From Microbacteriaceae bacterium (GTDB taxonomy: Bacteria; Actinomycetota; Actinomycetes; Actinomycetales; Microbacteriaceae), in contig CANFJH010000001.1 of NCBI GenBank assembly GCA_947447395.1, forward strand, positions 4,628 to 68,627: a DNA stretch of 64,000 nucleotides, read 5' to 3'. Shown here piece by piece: positions 49,399 through 62,098 of this stretch. A program made the translations under genes and the position numbers. The notes beneath the pieces were generated by a model, which saw only the letters and a list, made by a program, of their open reading frames with translations, did not search any database and was not told the DNA's origin. The first letter of the stretch is position 1. Every line of letters begins with the position of its first letter.

Positions 49399-50285
49399 CC
49401 GATTTTAGATCTGGATTTGTATCATTTGTAGGTCGCCCGAATGTTGGTAAGTCAACTCTGACAAATGCTTTGGTTGGAGAAAAGGTCGCTATTACCAGTG
49501 CAAAACCTCAAACCACTCGCCGTGCCATCCGAGGTATTGCCAACCGTGAATCCGGTCAATTGATTCTGGTTGATACCCCCGGGCTTCACCGTCCTAGAAC
49601 CCTTTTGGGTGAACGTTTGAACAGTCTGGTTGAGACAACTTTAGGTGATGTAGACGTGATTGGCTTCTGCATTCCAGCCAACGAAAAAATCGGACCAGGT
49701 GATGGTTTTATCAACGAGCAATTGTCAAAATATCGGCGCGCGAAGCTTGTAGCAATTGTGACTAAGAGCGAAACCGTCTCGCGAGATGCACTCGCTCAGC
49801 AGCTGCAAGCAGTTTCCGAACTTCGCGATTGGAAAGCAATCATTCCGGTCTCGGCAGTTTCTGGTGAGCAAGTTGTTGAGCTAGCCGAGTTACTCATTGA
49901 AATGCTTCCGGTTTCACCGGCGCTCTACCCAATCGATGTAGCCACTGACGAATCGATGGAGCAGCGGATCTGCGAATTGGTTCGCGAGGCTGCTCTTGAA
50001 GGAGTCCACGACGAACTTCCTCACTCAATCGCGGTCACCATTGACGAAATGGGGGAGCGAGAGGGCGGGAACCTCTATGACATTCATGCCAACGTTTGGG
50101 TCGAGCGAGACTCTCAGAAGGGAATCATCATTGGCAAGGGCGGCTCGCGCTTGAAAGATGTTGGTTCAAAAGCACGTAAAGAAATCGAGCAACTTCTTGG
50201 AAGAAAAGTGTTCCTGAGTCTTCGAGTTAAGGTTTCGGCCGACTGGCAACGAGACCCTAAGGCATTGGGACGTCTGGGCTTCTAA
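49395..50285 (+). CDS. era: GTPase Era
   Basis: GRPNVGKST, KPQTTR, DTPG, KH domain SQKGIIIGKGG. Confidence 0.97.
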   Translation: MTDFRSGFVSFVGRPNVGKSTLTNALVGEKVAITSAKPQTTRRAIRGIANRESGQLILVDTPGLHRPRTLLGERLNSLVETTLGDVDVIGFCIPANEKIGPGDGFINEQLSKYRRAKLVAIVTKSETVSRDALAQQLQAVSELRDWKAIIPVSAVSGEQVVELAELLIEMLPVSPALYPIDVATDESMEQRICELVREAALEGVHDELPHSIAVTIDEMGEREGGNLYDIHANVWVERDSQKGIIIGKGGSRLKDVGSKARKEIEQLLGRKVFLSLRVKVSADWQRDPKALGRLGF

Positions 50286-50310
50286 CTTCCTTTGGTGCTA
50301 ACCTAAAACC

Positions 50311-52156
<1,846 letters not shown>

Positions 52157-52158
52157 TA

Positions 52159-52884
52159 ATGCCGGTCTACCGCGACGAGGCAGTGATAATTCGAACCCAC
52201 AAATTGGGTGAGGCCGATCGCATCGTGACGATGCTTTCTCGTTATCACGGGCTAATTAGGGCGGTTGCAAAAGGCGTTCGACGCACTACGTCAAAATTTG
52301 GTTCCAGACTTGAACCCTTCATGGTTGTTGACATTCAGTTGCACGAGGGTCGAAACCTAGACACGGTGAACCAGGTTGAAACCCTAAATACTTACGGCGG
52401 TCAAATAATCGAGGACTATCCGGCCTATACAGCTGCAACCGTGATGGTCGAGACCGCAGAGAAACTTGCCAGTGGCGAAACTTCACCACAGCAGTATTTA
52501 CTTTTAGTGGGTGGTCTTCGAGCCTTGGCCAACAAGGATCATGATTCAAGCTTGATTCTGGATTCATACTTGCTGCGAGCGCTCTCGGTTGCTGGATGGG
52601 CACCAAACTTCACCGATTGCGCCCGATGTGGCAAACCTGGATTGCACCAGGACTTCGTTCTCCAGGCGGGCGGCATGGTTTGTCACGAATGCCGAATCGC
52701 TGGAGCGGTCAAGTTGAATGAAGCCAGCGCAAGATTGCTTGGAGCACTTTTAGCCGGCGACTGGGAATATGCCGACCAAACCGATGAACCAACCAGAGCC
52801 TCGGCTTCAGGTGTAGTTGCCGCATATTCGCAATGGCACATCGAACGCGGACTAAAATCACTACAACATGTCGAACGTACCTAA
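52159..52884 (+). CDS. recO: DNA repair protein RecO
   Basis: [24 protein letters not shown], Zn-binding CxxC...CxxC. Confidence 0.95.
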   Translation: MPVYRDEAVIIRTHKLGEADRIVTMLSRYHGLIRAVAKGVRRTTSKFGSRLEPFMVVDIQLHEGRNLDTVNQVETLNTYGGQIIEDYPAYTAATVMVETAEKLASGETSPQQYLLLVGGLRALANKDHDSSLILDSYLLRALSVAGWAPNFTDCARCGKPGLHQDFVLQAGGMVCHECRIAGAVKLNEASARLLGALLAGDWEYADQTDEPTRASASGVVAAYSQWHIERGLKSLQHVERT

Positions 52885-53617
52885 ATTCACTAAAGTGCCA
52901 ATGCACGTTGCCATCGTTATGGATGGAAACGGTCGCTGGGCTAATGAACGCGGACTCACTCGTGTCGAAGGTCACAAGGCAGGCGAAGTTGCTCTACTCG
53001 ACGTGGTCGAAGGCGCCATTCAGGCTGGGGTCAAGTATTTGACTGTCTATGCCTTTTCAACTGAGAACTGGAAACGATCACCCGACGAGGTTCGCTTTCT
53101 AATGGGCTTCAATCGAGAGGTCTTACAGCGTCGCCGAGACACTCTAAACGGTTGGGGAGTGAGAATTCGCTGGGCTGGACGACGTCCTAAGTTGTGGGCG
53201 AGCGTAATTCAGGAACTTCAAGATGCCGAGAAATTAACAGCCAAAAACAAATCTCTCACCTTAACCATGTGCGTAAACTACGGCGGACGCATTGAGCTTG
53301 TGGATGCGATCAACCAAATAACCGAGGACGTTACATCTGGGAAATTACGTGCCGGAAGTGTGACCGAGAAAACCGTTCAACGCTATTTGCAGACTTCAGA
53401 GCTACCCGACGTCGACCTTTTTTTACGTTCATCCGGCGAACAACGTACTTCAAATTTCTTGCTCTGGCAGTCTGCCTACGCTGAATTTGCGTTCGATGAG
53501 ACACTCTGGCCAGACTTCCGCCGCGAACACCTGTGGCAAGCCATCGAAGAGTTCGGTAATCGATCTCGTCGATTCGGAAAGGCAGTAGACAACCCAAAAG
53601 GTCCTGCTTCTAAGTAG
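52868..53617 (+). CDS. uppS: cis-prenyltransferase (polyprenyl diphosphate synthase)
   Basis: [35 protein letters not shown]. Confidence 0.95.
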   Translation: MSNVPKFTKVPMHVAIVMDGNGRWANERGLTRVEGHKAGEVALLDVVEGAIQAGVKYLTVYAFSTENWKRSPDEVRFLMGFNREVLQRRRDTLNGWGVRIRWAGRRPKLWASVIQELQDAEKLTAKNKSLTLTMCVNYGGRIELVDAINQITEDVTSGKLRAGSVTEKTVQRYLQTSELPDVDLFLRSSGEQRTSNFLLWQSAYAEFAFDETLWPDFRREHLWQAIEEFGNRSRRFGKAVDNPKGPASK

Positions 53618-53679
53618 AATTGAGACTTCGCACACACATTGGTTTACATCCAGTAGACCGATAGAAACATGGAGTTCAA

Positions 53680-55059
53680 GTGGCCACCCCAAACCGTCTA
53701 GATTCGGTAATTTCCCTCGCAAAACGCCGCGGATTTGTTTTTCAAGCTGGAGAGATTTACGGAGGCAGTCGTTCAGCCTGGGACTACGGACCACTCGGTG
53801 TTGAACTCAAGGAAAACATCAAAAAGCAGTGGTGGCGCACCATGGTTCAAAGCCGCGATGACATCGTCGGTTTGGACTCCTCGGTCATCCTTCCTCGCAA
53901 GGTGTGGGAAGCGTCAGGGCACGTTCGAGAATTTTCAGACCCACTAATCGAGTGCACCAGCTGTCACAAACGCTTTCGCCAAGATCACCTTGAGGAAGCT
54001 TTCGAGGAAAAGAAGGGTCGCCCGCCTGTAAGCATGGCAGACATTGCCTGCCCTAACTGTGGCGGGAAAGACTCTTGGACCGAACCAAAGGCATTCAATG
54101 GCCTACTTCAGACTTTCCTAGGTCCTGTGGCTGCTGAGGAAGGTCTTCACTACCTTCGACCGGAAACGGCTCAGGGTATCTTCGTGAACTTCGCCAATGT
54201 GCTTGGTGCCGCTCGCATGAAGCCTCCTTTCGGTATCGGACAAATCGGTAAGTCGTTCCGAAACGAAATCACACCTGGGAACTTTATCTTCCGCACTCGC
54301 GAGTTCGAACAGATGGAAATGGAATTCTTTGTTGAGCCAGGCACCGACGAACAGTGGCACGACTACTGGATCGAACAGCGCATGAACTGGTACACCGATC
54401 TTGGAATTAACCCAGACAACCTTCGCCTATACGAGCACGCCAAGGAAAAGCTTTCGCACTATTCAAAGCGCACCGTTGACATTGAGTACAAGTTCGGTTT
54501 CCCTGGTAGCGAATTTGGTGAACTTGAGGGTATCGCCAACCGCACCGACTTTGACCTGACCACTCACTCTCGTGAATCCGGTTCCGACCTCAGTTACTTC
54601 GACCAAAACAAGAACGAGCGTTGGACTCCATACGTTATCGAGCCAGCAGCCGGCCTAACCCGCTCGCTAATGGCGTTCCTGGTTGATGCTTACTCGGAAG
54701 ATGAGGCTCCAAACACCAAGGGTGGCGTAGACGTTCGCACCGTGCTTCGCCTCGACTACCGCTTAGCTCCGGTCAAGGCCGCTGTGCTTCCACTCAGCCG
54801 CAACGAAGAATTGTCACCAGTTGCCCGCAACCTCGCACAAGAACTACGTGGCTACTGGAACATTGATTTCGATGATTCAGGTGCTATCGGTCGACGTTAC
54901 CGTCGCCAAGACGAAATTGGAACTCCATTCTGCATTACCGTAGACTTCGAAACTCTTGAAGACCAGGCGGTTACTGTTCGCGAGCGCGACACCATGCAGC
55001 AGGAACGTGTCTCGCTAGACAAACTTCGCGGTTACCTTAGCGAGAGACTTCTCGGCTAA
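53680..55059 (+). CDS. glyQS: Glycine--tRNA ligase (alpha2 type)
   Basis: [37 protein letters not shown]. Confidence 0.97.
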   Translation: MATPNRLDSVISLAKRRGFVFQAGEIYGGSRSAWDYGPLGVELKENIKKQWWRTMVQSRDDIVGLDSSVILPRKVWEASGHVREFSDPLIECTSCHKRFRQDHLEEAFEEKKGRPPVSMADIACPNCGGKDSWTEPKAFNGLLQTFLGPVAAEEGLHYLRPETAQGIFVNFANVLGAARMKPPFGIGQIGKSFRNEITPGNFIFRTREFEQMEMEFFVEPGTDEQWHDYWIEQRMNWYTDLGINPDNLRLYEHAKEKLSHYSKRTVDIEYKFGFPGSEFGELEGIANRTDFDLTTHSRESGSDLSYFDQNKNERWTPYVIEPAAGLTRSLMAFLVDAYSEDEAPNTKGGVDVRTVLRLDYRLAPVKAAVLPLSRNEELSPVARNLAQELRGYWNIDFDDSGAIGRRYRRQDEIGTPFCITVDFETLEDQAVTVRERDTMQQERVSLDKLRGYLSERLLG

Positions 55060-55061
55060 GA

Positions 55062-56240
55062 GTGACCCAGGTCAGCCAAAAGCCAGCACTTCAATACGGG
55101 AAACTTGCAATTGCAACTCCCGTAGTGCTTGCGCCTATGGCTGGAATCACCAACACCGCGTTTCGTAGACTCTGTCGCGAATTTGGCGGCGGGTTGTTTG
55201 TATCCGAAATGGTTACCTCACGGGCCTTGGTCGAGCGAACCGAAGAGTCGCTGCGATTAGTGGGACATCACGAAAGCGAAGACATCCGCTCGGTCCAGCT
55301 ATATGGCGTCGATCCAAAGACCATCGCAGAAGCAGTAACCATGCTTGTTGCCGAAAACCGGGCCGACCACATCGACCTGAATTTTGGTTGCCCGGTTCCT
55401 AAAGTCACTCGCAAAGGTGGGGGAGCAGCCCTGCCTTGGAAGTCGGATCTGTTTAGCGATATTGTCAATGCCGCAGTTAAGGCGGCCGGGGAAATCCCAT
55501 TGACGGTAAAAATGCGCAAGGGTATCGATGCCGATCATTTGACATACCTTGATGCCGGCAAGGCAGCCCGAGACGCTGGGGTTACTGCAATCGCTCTTCA
55601 CGGTCGCACCGCCAGCGACTACTATTCGGGCAATGCCGACTGGGATTCAATAGCCAAGCTTCGCGAGTCCTTGCCCGATGTTCAGGTTCTGGGCAACGGC
55701 GATATCTGGTCGGCGGGAGACGCAATTCGAATGATGCGTGAGACCGGCGTTGACGGCGTCGTGGTTGGTCGCGGGTGTCTCGGTCGTCCATGGCTATTTG
55801 GAGACCTTCAGGCTGCGTTTGATGAGTATTTGCGAGACCCGAACTCAGAGGCAGCGATTGATCCCATCCAGCCTAACTTGGGTCAGGTCGGTCAAGCTTT
55901 TAAGCGCCACGCAGAACTTTTGGTCGAATTTTTCGAGAGCGAAATGCACGCTTGTCGAGATATTCGAAAGCATGTTGCATGGTATTTCAAAGGTTATCCG
56001 GTGGGCGGAGAATTCCGCGCGGCGTTGGCTCAGGTGGAGTCACTTTCCCACATGGATGAAATCTTGGCGACTCTGGACGGCGATCAGCCTTATCCTGGTG
56101 CCGAAGCCGAGGGTCCACGAGGTCGTCTTGGTGGGGCAAAGGTTTGTTCGTTGCCTGAAAATTGGTTGAATTCGCGCACACTTGATTTGAAGGCAAGCGA
56201 AGTCTTGCTTGATGCAGAGATTGGGGTATCCGGTGGTTAG
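55062..56240 (+). CDS. dusB: tRNA-dihydrouridine synthase DusB
   Basis: LAPMAG, DLNFGCP, LHGRT, GNGDI, GRG.LGRPW. Confidence 0.94.
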   Translation: MTQVSQKPALQYGKLAIATPVVLAPMAGITNTAFRRLCREFGGGLFVSEMVTSRALVERTEESLRLVGHHESEDIRSVQLYGVDPKTIAEAVTMLVAENRADHIDLNFGCPVPKVTRKGGGAALPWKSDLFSDIVNAAVKAAGEIPLTVKMRKGIDADHLTYLDAGKAARDAGVTAIALHGRTASDYYSGNADWDSIAKLRESLPDVQVLGNGDIWSAGDAIRMMRETGVDGVVVGRGCLGRPWLFGDLQAAFDEYLRDPNSEAAIDPIQPNLGQVGQAFKRHAELLVEFFESEMHACRDIRKHVAWYFKGYPVGGEFRAALAQVESLSHMDEILATLDGDQPYPGAEAEGPRGRLGGAKVCSLPENWLNSRTLDLKASEVLLDAEIGVSGG

Positions 56241-57504
56241 TCTTCCCCCAATCGGTTACTCACTTTTTGACGAAGAACGAATGCTAACTGAAGTTCGAAG
56301 CGGAACCCAAAGACGAAATGAATTTAGTCGTGACCGCGCAAGGGTTCTGCATTCATCAGCTCTACGCCGACTCGGAGCTAAGACCCAAGTGCTGTCGCCT
56401 GCATCAGGAGACTTTGCTCGAACCCGTCTAACTCATTCGCTTGAGGTAGCTCAAATTGGTCGAGAAATGGCACTCACTTTAGGTATTGACCCTGATTTGG
56501 TTGACATGGCGTGCCTCGCGCACGATTTAGGGCACCCTCCATTCGGTCACAACGGAGAAAAGGCTTTGAACGAGTGGTCGAAGCAATTTGGCGGCTTTGA
56601 GGGCAATGCACAAACTTTGCGCTTATTGACACGTATCGAGCCAAAAGTATTTTCGGCAGATGGTTTTCCATTAGGCCTAAACCTAACTCGCGCGGCCCTA
56701 GATGCTGCCTGCAAGTACCCTTGGTCTCGAGATAATGGCGTATTTGATGACGGCGGGGGAGCTCGCTCCAGCAAATTTGGTGTTTACGAAGATGATGTGG
56801 AAGTTTTCAATTGGCTCAGAGTCGGTGCACCAGATCGACAAAAGAGCATGGAAGCTCAGGTCATGGACTTCGCTGATGATGTAGCGTACTCGGTTCACGA
56901 CTATGAGGATGCCACCGTCGAAGGTTTTATAAAACTTGACCAGATCAGCAACCCAAATTATCGCCAGCAACTGCTTGCAGATATTTTAGTTTGGGCGGGC
57001 TCATCGCAAACCGCCGATGAAATTGAGGCAGCTCTAATCCGACTCCAGAAACTTGACGGGTGGCTATTATTCTTCGATGGCAGTGACCGAGCCCACGGAG
57101 ATTTGAAGAATCTAACCAGCGCACTAATTGGCTCGTTTGTATCTAGAACCGTTGACGCTACAGCAGACGTCTACACCGGCTTACTGTCGCGTTATCGGGC
57201 GAATTTGGTCGTACCTGATGAAGTGAAATCGGAAATTGCAGTACTTAAGGGATTAGTTTCTTCGTTCTTAATGTCTCATGAGTCTCGGCGCGAATATTAT
57301 GAACGTCAGCGTGAACTAGTCATTGAGCTTGCCGACGCCCTTTTGGCGGCCAATGGCCGGGAACTCGACAGCTATTGCACACTAGCTTGGTCGAAAGCTG
57401 CCAATGACATTACAAAGCATCGAGTGATCGTTGACCAGGTCGCGTGCCTTACTGATCAAGGCGCCCTAAATCTTCACAAAAGACTTCTCGGGAGTAGCAG
57501 CTAA
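56233..57504 (+). CDS. dgt: Deoxyguanosinetriphosphate triphosphohydrolase
   Basis: RRLGAKTQV, RTRLTHSLEV, AHDLGHPPFGHNGE, ADDVAYSVHD. Confidence 0.94.
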   Translation: MVSLPPIGYSLFDEERMLTEVRSGTQRRNEFSRDRARVLHSSALRRLGAKTQVLSPASGDFARTRLTHSLEVAQIGREMALTLGIDPDLVDMACLAHDLGHPPFGHNGEKALNEWSKQFGGFEGNAQTLRLLTRIEPKVFSADGFPLGLNLTRAALDAACKYPWSRDNGVFDDGGGARSSKFGVYEDDVEVFNWLRVGAPDRQKSMEAQVMDFADDVAYSVHDYEDATVEGFIKLDQISNPNYRQQLLADILVWAGSSQTADEIEAALIRLQKLDGWLLFFDGSDRAHGDLKNLTSALIGSFVSRTVDATADVYTGLLSRYRANLVVPDEVKSEIAVLKGLVSSFLMSHESRREYYERQRELVIELADALLAANGRELDSYCTLAWSKAANDITKHRVIVDQVACLTDQGALNLHKRLLGSSS

Positions 57505-59357
57505 TGGCCAAGCGCATCCCACAGGCAGATATTGACGAGGTTCTTTCTAGGGTCTCCATTGTTGACGTTGTCGGTGATTACGTCGCTTTAAAGTCATCTG
57601 GAAACGGCGAATTCAAAGGGCTCTGTCCGTTCCACGGTGAAAAATCTCCATCCTTTGGGGTTTCTGCAACCAAGAATGTTTGGCACTGTTTTGGTTGCGG
57701 TGAGGGCGGAAATCTCTTTCAGTTTTTGAATCGAATTGATTCTCTCGGTTTCGTCGAGGCGGTTGAAAAATTGGCTGCCCGCGTTGGCTACACCTTGCAC
57801 TACGAGGAAGGTGGTGCGGCAAGCCCCGAACTTTCAATCCGAGCTCGAGTTTTAGAGGCAAATGCAGCCGCCGCAAAATTCTTCGCCTCAAGACTTGCCG
57901 ACGAAGAGGCAGAGCCCGGTCGCCTTTTTCTAAAGGGGCGCGGCTTCGATAAGGCAGCTGCAGACCTTTTCGGAGTCGGTTGGGCACCTAAAGGTTGGAC
58001 AGGGCTTTCGGATCATCTAAAGTCACTTGGATTCTCCGAGGACGAAATGCTCACCGCTGCTTTAGTCAGCAAAAAAGAAAAAGGTTGCTACGACCGGTTT
58101 CGGGGTCGCCTAATTTGGCCGATCAGAGACAGCACAAATGCAGTAATCGGTTTTGGTGCCAGGAAAATCTTTGAAGATGATCAAGGACCGAAGTATCTAA
58201 ATACCAGCGAAACGCCTGTCTATCACAAGTCATCAGTCCTGTACGGAATCGATTTGGCAAAGCGCGAAATCTCAAAGACCCAGCGGGTAGTCGTCGTTGA
58301 AGGATACACAGACGTTATGGCCTGCCACCTCGCAGGCGTGACAACTGCCGTTGCAACCTGTGGAACCGCGTTTGGCGACGAGCACATCAAGGTTTTGAAC
58401 AGGATCTTGGTCACGGATGAAAAGAAACCTGCTGAGGTAATTTTCAACTTTGACCCAGACGAAGCAGGGCAAAAGGCTGCAATGCGAGCATTTGCTTCTG
58501 CACAAAAATTCAATGCCCTCACTTACATTGCAATCGGACCCGATGGCTTAGATCCTTGTGACCTGCGAAACGAGCGAGGCGACGCCGCGATTCTAGAAAT
58601 GATTGCAGCCAAACGTCCTTTGGTTGAATTTGCAATTGATCGAGCAATTTTGGCTTTCGACCTAGCTTCACGGGAAGGGCAAATCGCAGCGGTGCGGGCT
58701 GCTGCGCCTATTGTTGCCGAGATCACTGACCCAATTCTTCGAACGTCTTATGAAAGGCATCTTTCTGAACTAACCTTGGTCGACCGAGCAGCCGTAAATC
58801 AATTGGTTAACGAGGTAGTAGTTGCAGGACGGCGCAAGGCTGTAGTTCCAACTCCAATGGAGACTGCCCAGAGTTCATCAACGCCGGTCACCTTGCCCCC
58901 GGTAAATTTGCAAGATCCCATTAATCGCAGGGAACGATGGTTGTTAGAAGTAGTAGCGCAGCTACCTGAATTTTGTGAATCATCGACACTCAAACGAATT
59001 TTCAGAACCTATTTCTCGTCGCCACGTCACCTCGAGTTATCGAAAATTATTCTGAAGCACTTTGGCGAAGACCAATTTTTGACAAGTGTTTCAGCGGAAC
59101 TTGGTCCAGACCTCTCGATTACTTGGCGTGAAATTCTTATGGCAACTCTTCCGGTTGTCGATGAAGCCGCAAAGCGCGACTATGCGTTAGGCGTCATTGG
59201 AGGAGCTCTAATCCAAACGGTTGAATTTGAAAAACAGTTTTTACTCGGTGCCTTAACGCAAGCTGGGGCGGCGCAAAAGTCTGGTGTGGCAAGCGAAATC
59301 GCCAAGAAACTAGTCGAACTCGATACGGAACTTTTAAGACTGCGAGCAGAGCGCTAA
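57504..59357 (+). CDS. dnaG: DNA primase
   Basis: CPFH...CFGC Zn finger, FRGRLIWPI, KYLNT.ET, EGYTD, FDPD.AG. Confidence 0.97.
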   Translation: MAKRIPQADIDEVLSRVSIVDVVGDYVALKSSGNGEFKGLCPFHGEKSPSFGVSATKNVWHCFGCGEGGNLFQFLNRIDSLGFVEAVEKLAARVGYTLHYEEGGAASPELSIRARVLEANAAAAKFFASRLADEEAEPGRLFLKGRGFDKAAADLFGVGWAPKGWTGLSDHLKSLGFSEDEMLTAALVSKKEKGCYDRFRGRLIWPIRDSTNAVIGFGARKIFEDDQGPKYLNTSETPVYHKSSVLYGIDLAKREISKTQRVVVVEGYTDVMACHLAGVTTAVATCGTAFGDEHIKVLNRILVTDEKKPAEVIFNFDPDEAGQKAAMRAFASAQKFNALTYIAIGPDGLDPCDLRNERGDAAILEMIAAKRPLVEFAIDRAILAFDLASREGQIAAVRAAAPIVAEITDPILRTSYERHLSELTLVDRAAVNQLVNEVVVAGRRKAVVPTPMETAQSSSTPVTLPPVNLQDPINRRERWLLEVVAQLPEFCESSTLKRIFRTYFSSPRHLELSKIILKHFGEDQFLTSVSAELGPDLSITWREILMATLPVVDEAAKRDYALGVIGGALIQTVEFEKQFLLGALTQAGAAQKSGVASEIAKKLVELDTELLRLRAER

Positions 59358-59393
59358 AAAGTTTGGTAATGTTAGACACTGCGAAAGCAACAT

Positions 59394-59469
59394 TCCTCGG
59401 TAGCTCAATTGGCAGAGCAATCGGCTGTTAACCGATAGGTTCTTGGTTCGAGTCCAAGCCGGGGAGCCA
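59394..59469 (+). tRNA. tRNA-Asn(GTT)
   Basis: TCCTCGG/CCGGGGA acceptor stem; ATCGG-CTGTTAA-CCGAT anticodon arm; GTTCGAGTCC; CCA. Confidence 0.96.
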
Positions 59470-59496
59470 AATGGTCAAGACAGTGGAGGCCACTAC

Positions 59497-60765
59497 ATGA
59501 TGCGCTGGATTCTTGACCGTAATTGGTTCTCCTTTTCACTTTTTTCGGGTGTCATCTTTCTGTTTTCTGCCGGTTCCGAGTTATTAAATCAAAATTACCT
59601 AGGCCTAGTTGTTTCGACTGTTTTAGGTTGCGGACTATTTTTTGTTAGAAAGCTTCCTGGGATTAGTGTCGGGTCAGTTCTTGTAGCGACAATTCTCGCG
59701 ACTACGATTTCTTCCGTTGTCGTCCTCTCGCTGCTTGAAGTTAGCGTGATCGTGTTCGCAATATCATTCTTCGCTGATCGTAATCTTCGCCTTTTCGCCC
59801 AAATTTCAGTATTGCTGGCCGCCATTTTCGCGGGTTGGCAAATGGGCTACCAAAATAAGTTCGTTGTTCTAATCCAAGATATTTCAAGCACAGTTGATGC
59901 CACTAGATTGAATTCTTTGTGTGTATGTTTTGCTTTGGTTTTTTTCATTTACTTGGCTTCGATGTCTCTTGGGAGAATCGTTTTCCTAAGGTATCAACAC
60001 GTCGGTTCCCCCGAAGATATGGCGTATGCCAACATTCGAGCAAGCAAACTCGGCCTGGAAATAGCTAAGCAGAATGAACGCCTTGAGATCGCTAAAGATT
60101 TGAGTGAGCTTCTGGTTCAAAAAATCAGTGCGGTGGTCAGCGTTACCGAAGGTGGTCGTTATGCCATCGCTTCAGACCCAAAGTCCGCTGAACGCGTCCT
60201 AGAGCGATCATATGATGCCGGTCGCGCCGCTCAGGCAGAATTAAGGCGACTTTATGACTATCTAAATTCCGCGATTATTTCTGACGTTGCCAGTTACAAA
60301 ATTTCGGATCTGCATGAGCTCACTGTTTCTTATCGCGAACTTGGCTATAACGCAGTTCTATCTGAACAGGGAAACAGCTTTCCTTTGAATGAAGGAATGG
60401 AACTCTGTGTCTACAAAATAGTTTTTGAGGCATTGCAAAACGTTAAAAAACACACTCTTATTGGAACAGAGATTGGTATCGATTTCTTGTGGGTTGAGGA
60501 CGGGCTACAAATTCTGGTTAAAGACAATGGAATTGAAGTTCGAAATCGATTGCGCCAGGGGCTAGGTGAAGCGGTTGATGGCTACACCGCTGAAGAAGAC
60601 CTGGACACACTGGTTACCGAGTTCGATGGTGCAACGCTTGCTGCGCTTCGAGATAGAGCAGCAATTTACAAAGGACGAATAGAAGCCTCTAAGGTTGCCG
60701 GAGTTGGATTCACACTTTCAGCGATATTCCCTGATCTCAAAGCACTGGCTGCTCTTGAGGTATAA
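59497..60765 (+). CDS. Membrane sensor-kinase-like protein (HisKA_3/HATPase) lacking the phospho-accepting His
   Basis: Several N-terminal TMs; ERLEIAKDLSE versus canonical ER.RIARELHD; EALQNVKKH N-box; DNG G1 box; GGAGG SD before ATG 59497. Confidence 0.8.
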   Translation: MMRWILDRNWFSFSLFSGVIFLFSAGSELLNQNYLGLVVSTVLGCGLFFVRKLPGISVGSVLVATILATTISSVVVLSLLEVSVIVFAISFFADRNLRLFAQISVLLAAIFAGWQMGYQNKFVVLIQDISSTVDATRLNSLCVCFALVFFIYLASMSLGRIVFLRYQHVGSPEDMAYANIRASKLGLEIAKQNERLEIAKDLSELLVQKISAVVSVTEGGRYAIASDPKSAERVLERSYDAGRAAQAELRRLYDYLNSAIISDVASYKISDLHELTVSYRELGYNAVLSEQGNSFPLNEGMELCVYKIVFEALQNVKKHTLIGTEIGIDFLWVEDGLQILVKDNGIEVRNRLRQGLGEAVDGYTAEEDLDTLVTEFDGATLAALRDRAAIYKGRIEASKVAGVGFTLSAIFPDLKALAALEV

Positions 60766-60767
60766 CT

Positions 60768-61424
60768 GTGCCTGATTTGCGCATCGGTCTAATCGATAGT
60801 AACGACGCGGTTCGGACTGGCAAGTCGATGGTCTTTAATTCTCAACTTGACATGCGAGTTGTATTGGAAGAATCAGATCCTGTTACAGCAATAGAACGAG
60901 CCTCTGACTACCTAGTTGATGTTTTAGTAGTAGGCCCAAGTCAGCATCGATTAAGAGGAGGTCAGTTCATTGAAGCACTTTGCATGTCGCTTCTTCTGGC
61001 AAAGAACGATGGCGTTGTTTTGGCTTATGGGCCCTTTTCTTCACCGCAATCAAGATACGAAGCTTTAAAGTCTGGGGCTCAGGAATTCATTGGTCTTGAC
61101 GAGCCCGCGGCGAAGAGTCTTGCCATGGTTCGAAAAATCGTGAAGCGTGATTTCCACGTGCCCATTGAAGACTTAGTTGAGTTTTCGAGACAAAACGATT
61201 TTGGTCCGGTGCCTTCGCAGTTGGAAGCAATCAAAGCGAGCTACCTCGAAAATCAGCATAAGGTCATTGATCTTTTGCTTACCGGGATTAACGACCAGGC
61301 CATTGCCAAAGAATTGGACATGGCACGCACTCGAGTGACTTCACAGATTGAAAAGCTCATGGAATCCTGCGGTTTCAATACTAGAAACCGCCTCATTTTG
61401 GCTTTATTACAGGCTGCCAAATGA
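60768..61424 (+). CDS. NarL/LuxR-type regulator with degenerate receiver domain
   Basis: Receiver-like N-terminus with VDVLVVGP (no phospho-Asp); LuxR-type HTH G.NDQAIAKEL...V...I. Confidence 0.78.
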   Translation: MPDLRIGLIDSNDAVRTGKSMVFNSQLDMRVVLEESDPVTAIERASDYLVDVLVVGPSQHRLRGGQFIEALCMSLLLAKNDGVVLAYGPFSSPQSRYEALKSGAQEFIGLDEPAAKSLAMVRKIVKRDFHVPIEDLVEFSRQNDFGPVPSQLEAIKASYLENQHKVIDLLLTGINDQAIAKELDMARTRVTSQIEKLMESCGFNTRNRLILALLQAAK

Positions 61425-62098
61425 GTATCGGTAGGGGGTCGGTTCGTTCGGTTGCAATAAGTGTTGGAGTTGCAACCGGTATCTACGGAATTTCGTTTGG
61501 GGCGCTCTCAGCCACTGCAGGTTTCGATGTCTGGCAAACCATTGCGCTTAGTGTTCTCATGTTTTCCGGAGGCTCTCAATTCGCATTCGTCGCCGTATTT
61601 GCAACTGGTGGAGTTTCCGCTCTTCCGGCAGCGATAACCTCGGCTTGGCTAGTTGGAATAAGAAACGGTTTTTACGCGTTATCGATGGCGCCAAAACTTG
61701 GGCCAAAAGGCTTACTTCGTGTTCTAGCCGCACAACTTACGATTGATGAAAGCACTGCAGTCTCGACTTCGCGTGAAACACCGGATGAACAACGAAAAGG
61801 TTTTTGGTTTACCGGACTATCGGTCTTTATATTTTGGAACCTAGCAACCATTTTCGGGGCAATCCTTGGCGGCTTTCTATCCGATCCAAAAGTATTTGGT
61901 TTGGATGCTGCGGCCGCGGCAGCTTTGTTTGCTCTGGTTTGGCCAAGAATTCAAAATTCTTTAGGGGCAATTATTGCCACCACTGCGGTCCTAGCGAGCG
62001 TGTTACTTTCGCTAGTTCTGCCTTCGGGTTTCCCCGTCTTGGTGGGAGCATCCATTGCTGTTGGAATCGGATTTGTTCTGGAGCGGGGCAGGATATGA
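61421..62098 (+). CDS. azlC: AzlC-family branched-chain amino acid exporter permease
   Basis: GISFGAL, FSGGSQF, TIDES, FGLDAA. Confidence 0.9.
   Translation: MSIGRGSVRSVAISVGVATGIYGISFGALSATAGFDVWQTIALSVLMFSGGSQFAFVAVFATGGVSALPAAITSAWLVGIRNGFYALSMAPKLGPKGLLRVLAAQLTIDESTAVSTSRETPDEQRKGFWFTGLSVFIFWNLATIFGAILGGFLSDPKVFGLDAAAAAALFALVWPRIQNSLGAIIATTAVLASVLLSLVLPSGFPVLVGASIAVGIGFVLERGRI

Noticed and set aside
53618-53679. Riboswitch or T-box upstream of glyQS
   Set aside because: Only 62 nt with one small hairpin (GGTTTAC/GTAGACC); too short for a T-box or glycine riboswitch.
59443-59496. N-terminal extension of the kinase-like ORF in the track
   Set aside because: Runs through tRNA-Asn; the GGAGG-preceded ATG at 59497 is the more plausible start.
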